Assembly (NCBI GenBank): GCA_965213625.1
Contig: CBDBZU010000004.1
Location: 160,001-224,000 of the forward strand
Source of the DNA: a bacterium
GTDB lineage: Bacteria; UBA8248
DNA length: 64,000 nucleotides
Reading direction: 5' to 3'
Shown here in pieces: positions 40,701-51,229 of this stretch (its first letter is position 1; each line of letters opens with the position of its first letter). The notes beneath the pieces were generated by a model, which ran no database searches, had not been told where the DNA came from, and saw only the letters and a list, made by a program, of their open reading frames with translations. The translations under genes and the position numbers were made by a program.

Positions 40701-41126
40701 ATGGCATTCGGACTGAACCGTGCGGAACTGATCGGGCGCTTAGGCGCCGACGTCACCATCAACCATCTCGCGAGCGGGGGACGCGTCGCAAATCTATCCA
40801 TCGCCACCGATGAGGGCTACGTGGACAAGCAATCCGGTGAGAGGGTGGAGAAAACGGAGTGGCATAGGATCGTGACCTTCCAGCCCGGCCTGGTGGACAT
40901 GTTCGAGCGGCACGCGAAGAAAGGCCGTCTGGTCTACGTCGCGGGCAAGCTCCAGACCCGTCGCTGGAAGAAGGACGAGGAGGATTCGGAACGCTTCTCG
41001 ACCGAGATACTCGTAGCACCCGGCGGGGTCGTCCAGTTTTTGGACAAGGCGAACGGGAACAACAACGGCAACGGCGTGCCCGTCGCCGCAGGGGTCGGGG
41101 GTGAGGAGGAGGACATCCGGTTTTAA
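40701..41126 (+). CDS. ssb: Single-stranded DNA-binding protein (element-type)
   Basis: LNRAELIGRLGAD, KTEWHRIV, GKLQTRRW, acidic tail EEEDIRF. Confidence 0.92.
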   Translation: MAFGLNRAELIGRLGADVTINHLASGGRVANLSIATDEGYVDKQSGERVEKTEWHRIVTFQPGLVDMFERHAKKGRLVYVAGKLQTRRWKKDEEDSERFSTEILVAPGGVVQFLDKANGNNNGNGVPVAAGVGGEEEDIRF

Positions 41127-41134
41127 GTGCTCAC

Positions 41135-41171
41135 AAGGGGTCGGCGCCATCACGCGCGTCGACCCCTTTTC
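41135..41171 (+). terminator. Intrinsic terminator after ssb
   Basis: ggggtcggcgc...gcgtcgacccc followed by tttt. Confidence 0.7.
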
Positions 41172-41499
41172 TTATGCCCGTTGTCCGGAGGAAGTCCACC
41201 GCCGAAGCGCCCGCGCCTTTCCCTCCCTGTAGGCTTCTCTCGTCTACCGGGAACACCTCGATAGCCTCCGGTTCCGTGAACGATAAACCATGTTCACGGA
41301 AGATCGGCTTGCGCCTGCGATCATTCCATGCTCAAGACAGTGGCTCGGTCCACCCCCCGCTGCGGGAATTCCGGGCCGAATAACGGCCCGAAATGACCCT
41401 TTCCGCAGCATGAGAGATTGTTTCCCGATGAGCTTCGCCTTCATCGTGAAACACCAGAAACTCTTGTGTCCCGGTGACGGTACTAGTGTCTCTCTCTTA

Positions 41500-41682
41500 G
41501 CGTCCTCATTTTAGCACGCACGGCGCGGGGTCAAGGGTGCTTTTGCAAATAACGCAAAAGCATCTTTTTTTCAGAAAAAATCGGTGGAGCATGGATTTTT
41601 TCCGCTGCGCGCCCTCCGGGTGAAAAAAAGACTGAAAACCGCCCCTGACGCCCACGCCTAGCACGTGCTGAAAATGGGACGC
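41500..41682 (+). promoter_or_regulatory. Frpo/ssi-like long imperfect hairpin (candidate ssDNA promoter)
   Basis: gcgtcctcattttagcacg pairs with cgtgctgaaaatgggacgc; ggggtcaaggg pairs with cccctgacgccc; inner hairpin tgcttttgc/gcaaaagca. Confidence 0.6.
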
Positions 41683-41722
41683 CAAGAAACGCATCCGTTA
41701 ACTCTCTGGAAAGGAGAAAGGC

Positions 41723-42094
41723 ATGGATACCACCGTGGTGAACTTGAACGACTACGTTGCAGAAAACGGCAGCGGCCTGCTGGTGAGGATCGACCGCATG
41801 ACGAAGTGGGGGAATCCCTTCCGGCTCGGCGCCGACGGCGACCGCGACGACGTCATCGAGAAATACCGCCAATGGCTGTGGAGAAAAATCCAGAATGAGG
41901 AGGTCAACCTCTACGAACTCGCCGACCTCCAGGGCTGCGAGCTCGGCTGCCACTGCCGGCCCCTCCCGTGCCACGGCGACGTCCTCGCCCGCGCCGCTGA
42001 ATGGGCAGCCGGGTATCTCGACGAGATGCCCAGGGAAGTGGGGCGCAACGAGCGTGGATACGCTCTTCCCGAATTCGACCATCCCCTCGCTTGA
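41723..42094 (+). CDS. DUF4326 family protein
   Basis: IDRMTKWGNPF, LGCHCRPLPCHGDVL. Confidence 0.85.
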   Translation: MDTTVVNLNDYVAENGSGLLVRIDRMTKWGNPFRLGADGDRDDVIEKYRQWLWRKIQNEEVNLYELADLQGCELGCHCRPLPCHGDVLARAAEWAAGYLDEMPREVGRNERGYALPEFDHPLA

Positions 42095-42115
42095 GGACTA
42101 CCAAAGGAGTGAACC

Positions 42116-43069
42116 ATGACCGCTATACACGACCACAAGGAGATGAACATGAACGAGCACACGGAACACGAAGCGCAGAACGAATCTTTCACCGCCATGG
42201 TCTGCGAGCAGGCAGCGCTTTTCGGCGCCACGCCAGGGCCGGATGAGTTCGACAACCGCCCCGTGTGGGACGAGGGCGAGGCCACCGCCGCCGTCATCAA
42301 GGCCTTCGGCGCACTCGCGGAAGCAGCGCCCGACGGAACGCAACTTGCGGATGAGCGAAGAAACCTTCTCTGGGGCTTCGTCAACGCCCTGGACGCCCAG
42401 ACACAAAGGCTCGACCGCGCCGCCGACAAACTCATCCCCGGCATCCGCGAACTGCAGCGCGAGCAGGACGGCTCCGAGATCCGCTCGCGTGAACTAGAAC
42501 TCATGACCGACCGGGCCAACAATCTCACGGAACGCAGGGACGCCTTCGAGGGACTCAGGGACACCGCCGCAGAGGCCTACCGCGACCTGACCGGCGAGGT
42601 ATGGCGGCCGAGGCGAGGATCGCACGTCAGCCAGACCGGCAAGCTCACCTCCGCCGTCATCGAGGCGCGCGACTTCCAGCGCGCCAGAAAGGACCGCGAG
42701 AACACGGCTCATCTTCCCCAGGGAACCCTCGTCGCCGTCGCGGGTGGCAAGGAGGCGAACGATGCGGGGAAAATCATCGCGCACCTCGACCGCCTCAAGG
42801 CCAAATACGCCGACGTCGTTCTCGTCCACGGCGGCGGCCCCGGTGCGGAGAAGATAGCGGCGGGATGGGCCGAGAGAAACGGCGTCCACCAGGTCGTCTG
42901 CAAGCCGGATTGGGATGCCCACGGACGGGCCGCTCCCTTCCGGCGCAACGACGAGCTCTTAGCACTCCTCCCCAAGGGCGTGGTCGCGTTCCCGGGCAGC
43001 GGCATCACCGACAACCTCGTCGACAAAGCTAAAACCCTCGGCATACCCGTGCAACGCGTGGCCGCCTGA
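42116..43069 (+). CDS. DUF2493 (SLOG/YspA-like) domain protein of conjugative-element type
   Basis: VLVHGGG.GAEKIA, PDWDAHGRAAPFRRND, FPGSGITDNL. Confidence 0.85.
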   Translation: MTAIHDHKEMNMNEHTEHEAQNESFTAMVCEQAALFGATPGPDEFDNRPVWDEGEATAAVIKAFGALAEAAPDGTQLADERRNLLWGFVNALDAQTQRLDRAADKLIPGIRELQREQDGSEIRSRELELMTDRANNLTERRDAFEGLRDTAAEAYRDLTGEVWRPRRGSHVSQTGKLTSAVIEARDFQRARKDRENTAHLPQGTLVAVAGGKEANDAGKIIAHLDRLKAKYADVVLVHGGGPGAEKIAAGWAERNGVHQVVCKPDWDAHGRAAPFRRNDELLALLPKGVVAFPGSGITDNLVDKAKTLGIPVQRVAA

Positions 43070-43728
43070 TGCGAACACTCCTCGGGTCGCGTCGCCACCC
43101 CGCCCGGTGGCGTCGCGGCCCGTTGCGTCTCATTGAGCAACGCTTGCGCCGCTTGCGCCGGCAACGATGAAAACTCCGCTGGTCTTGCCGCAGGAACATC
43201 TCCCCGCATTTGCTCCTACCGCTCAATCGCCGCGGCGGCTCCCGCTCGCCATTCTCTCCGGCAAGTTTCCCCCATCATCTGTTCTCACGAACTCGACCAT
43301 CTGACGCCCTTCGGCGCTTCGGGTTACACACCAGACGCATCGCTGATGCAGGTATCGCTGTGGCCACGAATGTCCACGTTCCCCTGCGCCTCTTTTTATG
43401 GGTCGTGCCCCCGTGCGTCCCCGTCGCGCCGGGAAATGCAATACCAATCTGGTGGCGCACATATCTTTTTGAAATCACGGCACTTAAAACATGGCGTATG
43501 CTATTTGTAATACGGCTGGTATCAGGGCGTTTCCTGCAGATACCAAATTGGTGGTGCTCAGACCTGCGCTACGCTATGATGAATACCGATTTGGTATTAC
43601 CGAACTCCGGCATCGATTCGAGAACTTCCCGGTTCGAGACGAGCGAATTCGGTGAATGGAAACGAGAATTTACCGATCGTTTTGGACCGGCATCGATGAA
43701 TATCTTCGAGAAAGGAGCGGCAAAACGA

Positions 43729-44055
43729 ATGGCGCAGACGACACAGAAGAACATCCGTTTCACGTCCGAGGAGTGGAAACGCGTCGAAAAAGAGGCACGG
43801 GAGCGGGATATTTCGCCAAACCGACTGGTGGTCGAGCTTACAATGGAGGGCCTGGAGCGTCGGGAATGGCCCCGAACGGAAGCCGAAATCCACCTGTTGC
43901 GCTCTACGATGTTCACCGCACAGGCCATCATTCGCGACATGGAGAAGGACGGACGAGATGAAGAGATCGATCAAATCAGCAGAAACATCTCCGAAGTCGC
44001 GCCGGAATTGCCAAATGAACGAACTAAAATCGACCAGGATCGGTCACAAACGTGA
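43729..44055 (+). CDS. Ribbon-helix-helix (CopG-like) protein
   Basis: RBS aggag; KNIRFTSEEWKRVEKEARERDISPNRLVVEL beta-alpha-alpha pattern. Confidence 0.6.
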   Translation: MAQTTQKNIRFTSEEWKRVEKEARERDISPNRLVVELTMEGLERREWPRTEAEIHLLRSTMFTAQAIIRDMEKDGRDEEIDQISRNISEVAPELPNERTKIDQDRSQT

Positions 44056-44334
44056 GGTTCCACGGACGATAATGGATAAATTTTCCGTGTAGAATCTTTC
44101 CGTGCCAACAAAAAAGCAGAAAACTATCAACTCCGGCAGAAGTGCTTTTCCTATGTTAGATTCTTGATAATATTGCGTGGGCTGGGTCTCATGGCCTAAG
44201 GGGACAAGCTGCCACATAGTCTGTGGCGCATTGTTTCGCATCACTCAACTGGTGTATTTCCTCTTATATGTTAACAACCTCCGAACATCCTTGCCAAGTA
44301 TGTTGACTTTCAGCCCATAAAGTAATATTTTTTG

Positions 44335-44400
44335 TATGTCTCACCTGCCATGTGTAGGAGGAGCATTCGAGGCCGCTCAAGTTCACTTGGGCGGCTTCAG
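44335..44400 (-). ncRNA. Candidate structured RNA immediately 3' of the 157-aa gene
   Basis: Two adjacent hairpins (gaagccgcccaag-tgaa-cttgagcggcctc; ctcctcctac-acatg-gcaggtgag), no U-tract. Confidence 0.35.
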
Positions 44401-44874
44401 CTATATTGGTTTCTCTTCGGCAACCCGATAGGCATCGCGTTCTTTCTGAAGTTGTCTTATCCGGCCACTCTTCTCAGTGCAATACGCGGTCTTGAGCAAC
44501 CAATAGTTGGGACGTTGCGTGAGCACGACGAGATATTCCTCATGATACCAGAGTAGCGTATTCACCTCGGTGCCGCGTCTATTCTGCCATTCGTTAATTC
44601 CTGGGTGCTCGACACCGTTTTCAATCACCCATCGCACCCATCTAAGACGCTCGCATCGCCGCAAATTTGGGAGTCGATCATCCTCTATGCGTCCTTCTTG
44701 TAATAAATGCCAAAATGAAGCCCAACGCCCCGCAGTTTCCGGATATCGGCGGCAACCGACACGAAGGCCGCGAAACTGCAACCCTCTTGAGATTTCCTCG
44801 ATGAAGATGAGGTGGAGTTTCCTTTCATAAGCAGTCCAATCCCCGTCGAAATACAACAGGTCGGGCGGCGTCAT
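44401..44874 (-). CDS. Hypothetical protein resembling phage P1 RlfB-like DUF3800 partners; possible BECR-fold nuclease
   Basis: FWHL, RCERLRW, YLVVL...LLKTAY; ATGA overlap with the DUF3800 gene. Confidence 0.6.
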   Translation of the reverse strand: MTPPDLLYFDGDWTAYERKLHLIFIEEISRGLQFRGLRVGCRRYPETAGRWASFWHLLQEGRIEDDRLPNLRRCERLRWVRWVIENGVEHPGINEWQNRRGTEVNTLLWYHEEYLVVLTQRPNYWLLKTAYCTEKSGRIRQLQKERDAYRVAEEKPI

Positions 44875-45590
44875 CCTGCCGCTTCCCTTGACGACCAGAT
44901 CAGAATGTTGAATTTGACGGCCTTGAAAGCGGATGTGTTGGTTAAAACATTTAGCCCCAGACTCTCGCGCAACCGCGTTAAGATAGCCATCTTCGCCGAG
45001 CTACCGACAAGTTCCCGGTTCGCATAAGTAAGCGCACCGACCAGAATGTCACCAATTTGCAACAACTCACTTTCATGCGAGCGTACCTGTTGCACACGCT
45101 CGATGACTTCGCGATCGAAATCATGAAGACTGTTAGCCAAGATTTCGTGCAACATGCGGGTCTTCGGCCCGCCGTGTGTATCTTTGACGTCGAGATAGAT
45201 GTGATAGCGGTGCGTCGCAGTGAAGAGTGGGCGTAGCATCGTAAAGTACATCTTGTAGTACCAGTCGTCGTGTGACTGGTTGAATGTATTGTGTTTCAAG
45301 CGCCTTTTGTCCGGAACAACAAGCCCGCGAAAGCGAAGCCGTTTATCGGCTAAGAACAGATCCACCAGAGCCAGATAAAATTCAGTTTTGGCTGGCGAGA
45401 CTTTTGTCCACTTCGCTTCAAAGTCAGGAGCGAGGCCGTGTTCGATTTTCAAAATTCTTATGCATTCCGACAATTCCCGGACAACATGTGCCTCGCAAGA
45501 AATCGCACCCCAAGCCATGACGGGAATACCATCGCGTTCCATATGGCAGCTTTCGTCACAATAGACGTTGAACAGGCGAGGCTCGGTCAT
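44871..45590 (-). CDS. DUF3800 family protein
   Basis: N-terminal YCDES and C-terminal QIGD (QxxD); ATGA overlap with hsdS stop. Confidence 0.85.
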   Translation of the reverse strand: MTEPRLFNVYCDESCHMERDGIPVMAWGAISCEAHVVRELSECIRILKIEHGLAPDFEAKWTKVSPAKTEFYLALVDLFLADKRLRFRGLVVPDKRRLKHNTFNQSHDDWYYKMYFTMLRPLFTATHRYHIYLDVKDTHGGPKTRMLHEILANSLHDFDREVIERVQQVRSHESELLQIGDILVGALTYANRELVGSSAKMAILTRLRESLGLNVLTNTSAFKAVKFNILIWSSREAAG

Positions 45591-47245
45591 TCTGCTAATT
45601 CCATCTTGTGGAAGGAGTCGAGGGCCTCGGCTAGTAGGGCATCGAGCAGGCGGCTTCGGGTTTCTTCCCCGCTGGCGAGGTTCGCTTCGAGTTCGTCGCA
45701 CAGCGCCATCAGTTCATCCACCTTGGCGACGATGCGGTGTTGTTCGGCGAGGGGTGGGAGGGGGAAGGGAGAACCTGCAAAATAGTCTAGCGGTACGCGC
45801 TTTTGACCAGCCGTTCCGGTCATCTTCGATATGCCTGTTTCAATAAAATTAGGGCTCTTTAGAAAGAGCAAAATGTATTCGGGATTTATTAGAAGAGGTC
45901 GGACTATGTGTAGCTCGGTCGTTCCACTACCGATGCCACCGGTGAGGTTATGAAATACGGTTGATTTTCCGTTCTCAAAACACGGAGTGATCTTGGCCAG
46001 TCCCACATCGCCCTCAGCAAAGTGAGTGTAGCCTTTCCTAATGCTACTCCACACCCGTGGCTCATGCTCGTTAAGTACACCGTATTCGGCAAAGATCATC
46101 GGCATTGGTATAAAAGACGCCATATGGTCTGCTGGCGCATTATTTCGTGGATTGATTACGCCAAGGTGAGTGATCTGACTCCATACCCAGCCTTGGGGGA
46201 GAGGTGAAGCAAGCTCATCCGGATCGAGTGTTGTAATAATTCTTGGCTTTTTAATCTCTCCCGCTTTCACCAGTCGTGCTTTCTCAGCCGCTATCCGCTT
46301 CAATAATTCCAAAGCCGGTTCGTCGTTCGGGTCCTGCTCCACCAGCTTGCCGCGCACGGCGAGGTTGAGGATGGTCCGGCGCAGTTGTTTTATCTGGTAG
46401 GGGCGTTTTGTGAGGGCGGGGAGCGCATTCAGCGCGAAGCGGGCGTCGTCACGGAAGGTTTCAGGATCGGGTTCGTTCAGGCAGGCGAAGCTCGCCGCCG
46501 CCAGCCGCTCCCGCTTCGTTTCCCGCTCGGCCTGCGCCGCCTCCAGTTCGTCGCATAGCGCCATCAATTCATCCACTTTGGCGACGATGCGGTATTGTTC
46601 GGCGAGGGGTGGTAGGGGAATGAAAGAAGCCTTCAGCAGTTTGAAATGGCGACCATACCCTCGATTTTCAAGTGGAAGCCATTGGAGAGCAAGAAAATAA
46701 TATGGTGTGTGAATAGAGATTGGTTGTAACAGTTTGACGCCATCTGCTCCCACAATGAAATCGAAATCTATCAATTTCGTTTCACGAGTATGATCTCCGA
46801 AAAGTACAATGGGTTCTTTGACACGGATTACTTTGTTGTCGTCGTTGTGATACCCCCGTATTAGCATTTTCCCCTGATCCACTACTGGAAATTTGCCAGT
46901 CTCAACTACATCCTTTGTTTTAATTTTTTTGCCTTTATCCGAGATTATGAAACAGGGATAAGTTGAAGGGCACCAATTCCATGAATTAGGCAAGCTAAAA
47001 GGTATTTCGGTTAAGTCGAGGGCCTGAAACTTAGCCTGTTGTTGACTGATCTTTTTTTCCTTAACTAATTGCTCTTTCTCCGCCGTAATCCGCTTTAACA
47101 ATTCCTCCGCCGGTTCGTCGTTCGGGTCTTGTTCCACAAGTTTCCCCCGCACGGCGAGGTCGAGGATAAGCCGTCGGAGGCGGGGTATCGCGCTGGGGGC
47201 GTCGGCGACCCGCTCGAAATGGGCGAGAAGGCGAACGGCGTTCAT
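45587..47245 (-). CDS. hsdS: Type I R-M specificity subunit
   Basis: Two TRDs with repeated LAVRGKLVEQDPNDEPA and PLPPLAEQxRIV. Confidence 0.92.
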   Translation of the reverse strand: MNAVRLLAHFERVADAPSAIPRLRRLILDLAVRGKLVEQDPNDEPAEELLKRITAEKEQLVKEKKISQQQAKFQALDLTEIPFSLPNSWNWCPSTYPCFIISDKGKKIKTKDVVETGKFPVVDQGKMLIRGYHNDDNKVIRVKEPIVLFGDHTRETKLIDFDFIVGADGVKLLQPISIHTPYYFLALQWLPLENRGYGRHFKLLKASFIPLPPLAEQYRIVAKVDELMALCDELEAAQAERETKRERLAAASFACLNEPDPETFRDDARFALNALPALTKRPYQIKQLRRTILNLAVRGKLVEQDPNDEPALELLKRIAAEKARLVKAGEIKKPRIITTLDPDELASPLPQGWVWSQITHLGVINPRNNAPADHMASFIPMPMIFAEYGVLNEHEPRVWSSIRKGYTHFAEGDVGLAKITPCFENGKSTVFHNLTGGIGSGTTELHIVRPLLINPEYILLFLKSPNFIETGISKMTGTAGQKRVPLDYFAGSPFPLPPLAEQHRIVAKVDELMALCDELEANLASGEETRSRLLDALLAEALDSFHKMELAE

Positions 47246-48696
47246 CGCGTGAGCGCCTCACTCAGAGCCGTTTTGAGTTTATTCTGCAGGTTCGTCGTTT
47301 TGGCCTCGGCGGCATCGAGTTTTTCGAGCAATTCTTCCGGGTCGCCGTGGTCCACCTCGGTCGTGTGCGGATTCTTGAAGTCGAGGTTGTAGCCGCGCGA
47401 CTTCACTTCTTCCGCCGTAACCTTCCAGGCGTGCTCCGTCACTTCGCGGCCCTTGCGTTTTTTCCCGCCCCACCAGTCGATGCAGGTTTGTAAGTGCTTG
47501 AAACGGATCGGTTTAGTTTTGGAATAAGCTTTTTGGTTTTCGGGCACAAGGTGCTCGTAAAACCAGATTTCCTTGGTTGGCTCTCCTTTATCAAAAAACA
47601 GCAGGTTAGTGGCTACTGAAGCGTACGGCTTAAAGACGGAATCCGGCAGGCGGACAATGGTGTGAAGATTGCATTCTGCCATCAGGTGTTCCTTGAGTCG
47701 AGTCTCGACATTTTCACCAAACATGAAGCCGTCGGGCATTACCACGGCGGCGCGCCCACCCGGCTTGAGCAGGCGGATGATGAGGGCGAGAAACAGATCC
47801 GCCGTCTCCTTCGTGCGGAAGCGCTGCGGGAAGTTGTTCTCGATTCCGTCCTCTTCCTTGCCGTTGAAGGGGGGATTAGTGAGCACTACGTCCACACGGT
47901 CCCCGCTCCCCCAGTCGGTGTAGGGTCACGACAGTGTGTTGTCGTAGCGGACGAAGTTGGGGACTTCGATATCATGCAGCAGCATGTTGGTGACGCAGAG
48001 CATCTGGGGAAACGGCTTTTTCTCATATGCGCGCAGGGCCGCCTGCATGGTCTGCTCGTCTTCGGGGCGCCTCACATAGCGTTCGCGCATGTGGCGCAGC
48101 GCGCAGGTCAGGAAGCCGCCCGTGCCGCAGGCGGGGTCGAGGAGAATTTCGCCGGGTTTCGGGTCGATGCGATCCGCCATGAAGGCGGTGACGCCTCGTG
48201 GCGTGTAGACTTCTCCCGAGTGTTTCTCTTGCAAGTCGTTCAGAATCTGCTCGTATATGTCGCCGAAGTGCTGGCGCTCGCTCAGATTCTTGAAGTCGAC
48301 TTCGTTTATCTTGTTTATCACCTGGCGCATCAGTTGGCCCGATTTCATGAAGTTGTGGGCGTCCTGGAATACCTCGCGCACCACGCGGCGACGCTCGTTT
48401 GCTGGACCCGTCGGAGGCAAGTTCTTAAGAGAGGGGAAGAGGTCGTTGTCGATGAAGGTGAGAAGTTCATCTCCGGTTCTGCCTTCCGGGTTTGCCGCCC
48501 ATGCGCCCCATCGGTAGTGCGCCGGTATCGGTGAGGCGTAACCCTCTCGCATCAGCTCGAGTTCCTGGTCCTGATCGTCGATGATCTTGAGAAAGAACAT
48601 CCAGCAAAGCTGCTCGATGCGCTGGGCGTCCCCGTTCACGCCCGCGTCCCGGCGCATGATGTCCTGAATGGATTTGACGAGGGTGCGGACGGTCAT
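47242..48696 (-). pseudogene. hsdM: Type I R-M methyltransferase interrupted by one in-frame TGA (47926-47928)
   Basis: DPACGTGGF upstream and NPPF downstream in the same frame: NTLS*PYTDWGSGDRVDVVLTNPPF. Confidence 0.88.
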
Positions 48697-48699
48697 GGT

Positions 48700-51063
48700 C
48701 TATGCGCTCTCCCGGTACAGGGCGGATTGAAGTTCTCGGGCGGCGCGCTCGAAGTCCCCGAGGTCTCCGAAGGATTTGACAAGTTCATAGGGCGTGCCGA
48801 GCGTCGTGAAAGGGAGGACTTTGAGGACTTCGGGGTCGTTCAGATCAAGGACGCCGTCGTCCGCGTATTTGTCAAGCAGGGCGCTCAGCACCGCGCGGGC
48901 CCGTTCCCCGTATCTGGCGAATACGTCACGCTTCTTCACGTTCGCGGCCCGTTCGCGGCGGGTGAGTGGCCTGGCGTCGAAGGCCACGTGGCAGATGAGG
49001 TCGAAGGGATCCAGGTTTTTCCCCACTTCATCGGCCAGCGAATCAAGCAGGAGACCCTCGGCTTCGAGTTCCTCGATTATCGCCGTCTTGCGCTCCGCCG
49101 CATCCCAGCGTCTCAGGAAATCGTCGAGGTTGGCGAAGCGCTTCTTGAGCGCCTTTCGGATGAAATCGCGCAGCGACTCGGTGATGAGCCTGCCGTTTGC
49201 GTCAAGATACTGCACGCGCTCGGCGATGATGGTCGCGCTTACGCCGTCCACGTAGATTTTCTCTCTCACACCGCCATCGGGGGGTGGAGATGGAGCGGGG
49301 TAGGGTGGTTCATCCACGATGGCTTCTTCGTATCCCGGCTCGTAGTCTTCGGAATTATCCGGCGGCGTCATGGGGTCGTCCTCGCCTGGTTCGTAAATCT
49401 GCACCGGCTCGCCGTCAAAATCGGGATCGGCGAAATGGCGGGTCGCGCCGCGAAAATCCATGAGCGTGAAGTAGAATTTTTTATCATCTTCATACACGCG
49501 GGTGCCGCGCCCAACGATCTGTTTGAACTCGGTCATGGAATTGACTTCACGATCAAGCCCGATGAGCCTGCAGGTGCGCACGTCGACGCCGGTCGAAAGC
49601 AGTCGCGAGGTGGTGACCAGAACGGGATATTTCGATTCGGGGTCGATGAAGTTGTCGAGTTCCGCTTTTCCCTCTTGGTCACTTCCGGTGATGCGCATGA
49701 CGTAGCGGTGGTTTTCGTTCACGAGGTCGGTGTTTTCGTTTACGAGCGCTTTCCGCATTCGCGCCGCGTGCTCCTGATCCACGCAGAATATGATGCTTTT
49801 CTGAAAACGCTCGCCGCTTTCTCTCAAGAATTGCGAGACCTTGCGGGCGACGAGCTTCGTCCGTTCGTCCAGCACCAGATTGCGGTCGAAATCCTTCGTG
49901 TTGTAGATGCGATCCTCAATCTCTTCGCCGAAACGGTCGAGTTGCCCCGGCTCGGGGCGATAGCCCTCCACGTCGCGGTCGATGTGCACACGTACGACCT
50001 TGTAGGGCGCGAGGAAGCCGTCCTGAATGCCTTGTTTCAGGGAATAGGTATAAACGGGTTCCCCGAAGTAGTGAATGTTGGAGTCGTAGTTCGTCTCCTT
50101 CGGCGTCGCTGTGAGGCCGATTTGCGTAGCGGAGGAGAAGTAATCGAGAATCTCCCGCCACGCGGCATCCTCAGCGGCGCTGCCGCGGTGGCACTCGTCT
50201 ATCACAATGAGGTCAAAAAAACCGGGCGAGAACTTGTGAAAAATCTTCTGGTGCTCCTCCGGCCCGGTGATCGCCTGATAGAGGCTGAGATAGATTTCGT
50301 AGGAGTGGTCGATTCGGTGGTTGGTTATCTTGGTCATCGCGCCGCCGAAGGGCTTGAAATCGTTGATCCTTGCCTGGTCGACCAGCACGTTGCGATCCGC
50401 CAGGAACAGAATGCGCTTATTGCGGCCCGCCTTCCAAAGCCGCCAGATGATCTGAAAGGCGGTGTAGGTCTTACCGGTCCCGGTCGCCATGACCAGCAGG
50501 ATGCGGTCCCGGCCCTTAGCGATGGCCTCCATCGCGGCGTTGATGGCGTTGATCTGGTAGTAGCGCGGGCGCTTCTCGCCGCCGTCTTCGTGATAATCCT
50601 GCAAGACGACGCTCTCGGCTTCGGGTGTCAGGCCCTTCCATGCGCTATAGCGCGCCCACAAATCATCGGGCGAGGGGAAGGAATCGTTGTCGAGAACCGT
50701 TTCCCGCTCCGCATCCGTCCTCGTTTTGTCATGAAAAGAGAAGCCGTCCCCGTTCGAGGAGAAGACGAAGGGAACGTCGGCCATCTCCGCATATTCGAGC
50801 GCCTGCTGCATTCCGTCGCCTATTGAGTGTTTATTGTCCTTCGCCTCGATGACTGCGAGCCGGATGTTGGGCTTGTATTCGAGGATGTAGTCGGCCCGCT
50901 TGCTCTTGCCCCGGCTCACCAGCCTGCCGCGCACGTTGATGCGGCCGTCCGTAAGGCGCACGTCCTCGCGCATCTGCGTCATCTTGTCCCACCCGGCCGC
51001 GAGAATGGCCGGTGTGATGAACTTCGTGCGTATGTCCTGTTCTGTGAGGCTTTTCTTGTCCAA
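48700..51063 (-). CDS. hsdR: Type I R-M restriction subunit (EcoAI-like)
   Basis: ADY..VIEAK nuclease motif, MATGTGKT, DECH, TAT, QIVGRGTR; TTG start inferred at LDKKSLTEQD. Confidence 0.92.
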   Translation of the reverse strand: MDKKSLTEQDIRTKFITPAILAAGWDKMTQMREDVRLTDGRINVRGRLVSRGKSKRADYILEYKPNIRLAVIEAKDNKHSIGDGMQQALEYAEMADVPFVFSSNGDGFSFHDKTRTDAERETVLDNDSFPSPDDLWARYSAWKGLTPEAESVVLQDYHEDGGEKRPRYYQINAINAAMEAIAKGRDRILLVMATGTGKTYTAFQIIWRLWKAGRNKRILFLADRNVLVDQARINDFKPFGGAMTKITNHRIDHSYEIYLSLYQAITGPEEHQKIFHKFSPGFFDLIVIDECHRGSAAEDAAWREILDYFSSATQIGLTATPKETNYDSNIHYFGEPVYTYSLKQGIQDGFLAPYKVVRVHIDRDVEGYRPEPGQLDRFGEEIEDRIYNTKDFDRNLVLDERTKLVARKVSQFLRESGERFQKSIIFCVDQEHAARMRKALVNENTDLVNENHRYVMRITGSDQEGKAELDNFIDPESKYPVLVTTSRLLSTGVDVRTCRLIGLDREVNSMTEFKQIVGRGTRVYEDDKKFYFTLMDFRGATRHFADPDFDGEPVQIYEPGEDDPMTPPDNSEDYEPGYEEAIVDEPPYPAPSPPPDGGVREKIYVDGVSATIIAERVQYLDANGRLITESLRDFIRKALKKRFANLDDFLRRWDAAERKTAIIEELEAEGLLLDSLADEVGKNLDPFDLICHVAFDARPLTRRERAANVKKRDVFARYGERARAVLSALLDKYADDGVLDLNDPEVLKVLPFTTLGTPYELVKSFGDLGDFERAARELQSALYRESA

Positions 51064-51229
51064 TCGACGGGTCCTCTGGCTTGGGTCATTGCGATGTTGG
51101 AGCATGAAGGGCGGGATCGTCAAGATGGGGAGGTGTTCGCCCGCCGAGAGCACCGACGATGGAGCAATACCGCGACATGGCGGTGAGGCGGTGACGGTTG
51201 CCAGCGCATGGCGGCGTCCGCGCGAGCTT

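Noticed and set aside
47890-47928. SECIS-directed Sec readthrough of the hsdM TGA, given nearby selAB
   Set aside because: The position is normally Arg, not Cys, and only a weak 6-bp stem with a large loop follows
48727-50826. Long antisense ORFs (699 aa here; also 4968-6482, 30538-31800, 34353-35858)
   Set aside because: Shadow frames of GC-rich genes with clear motifs on the other strand
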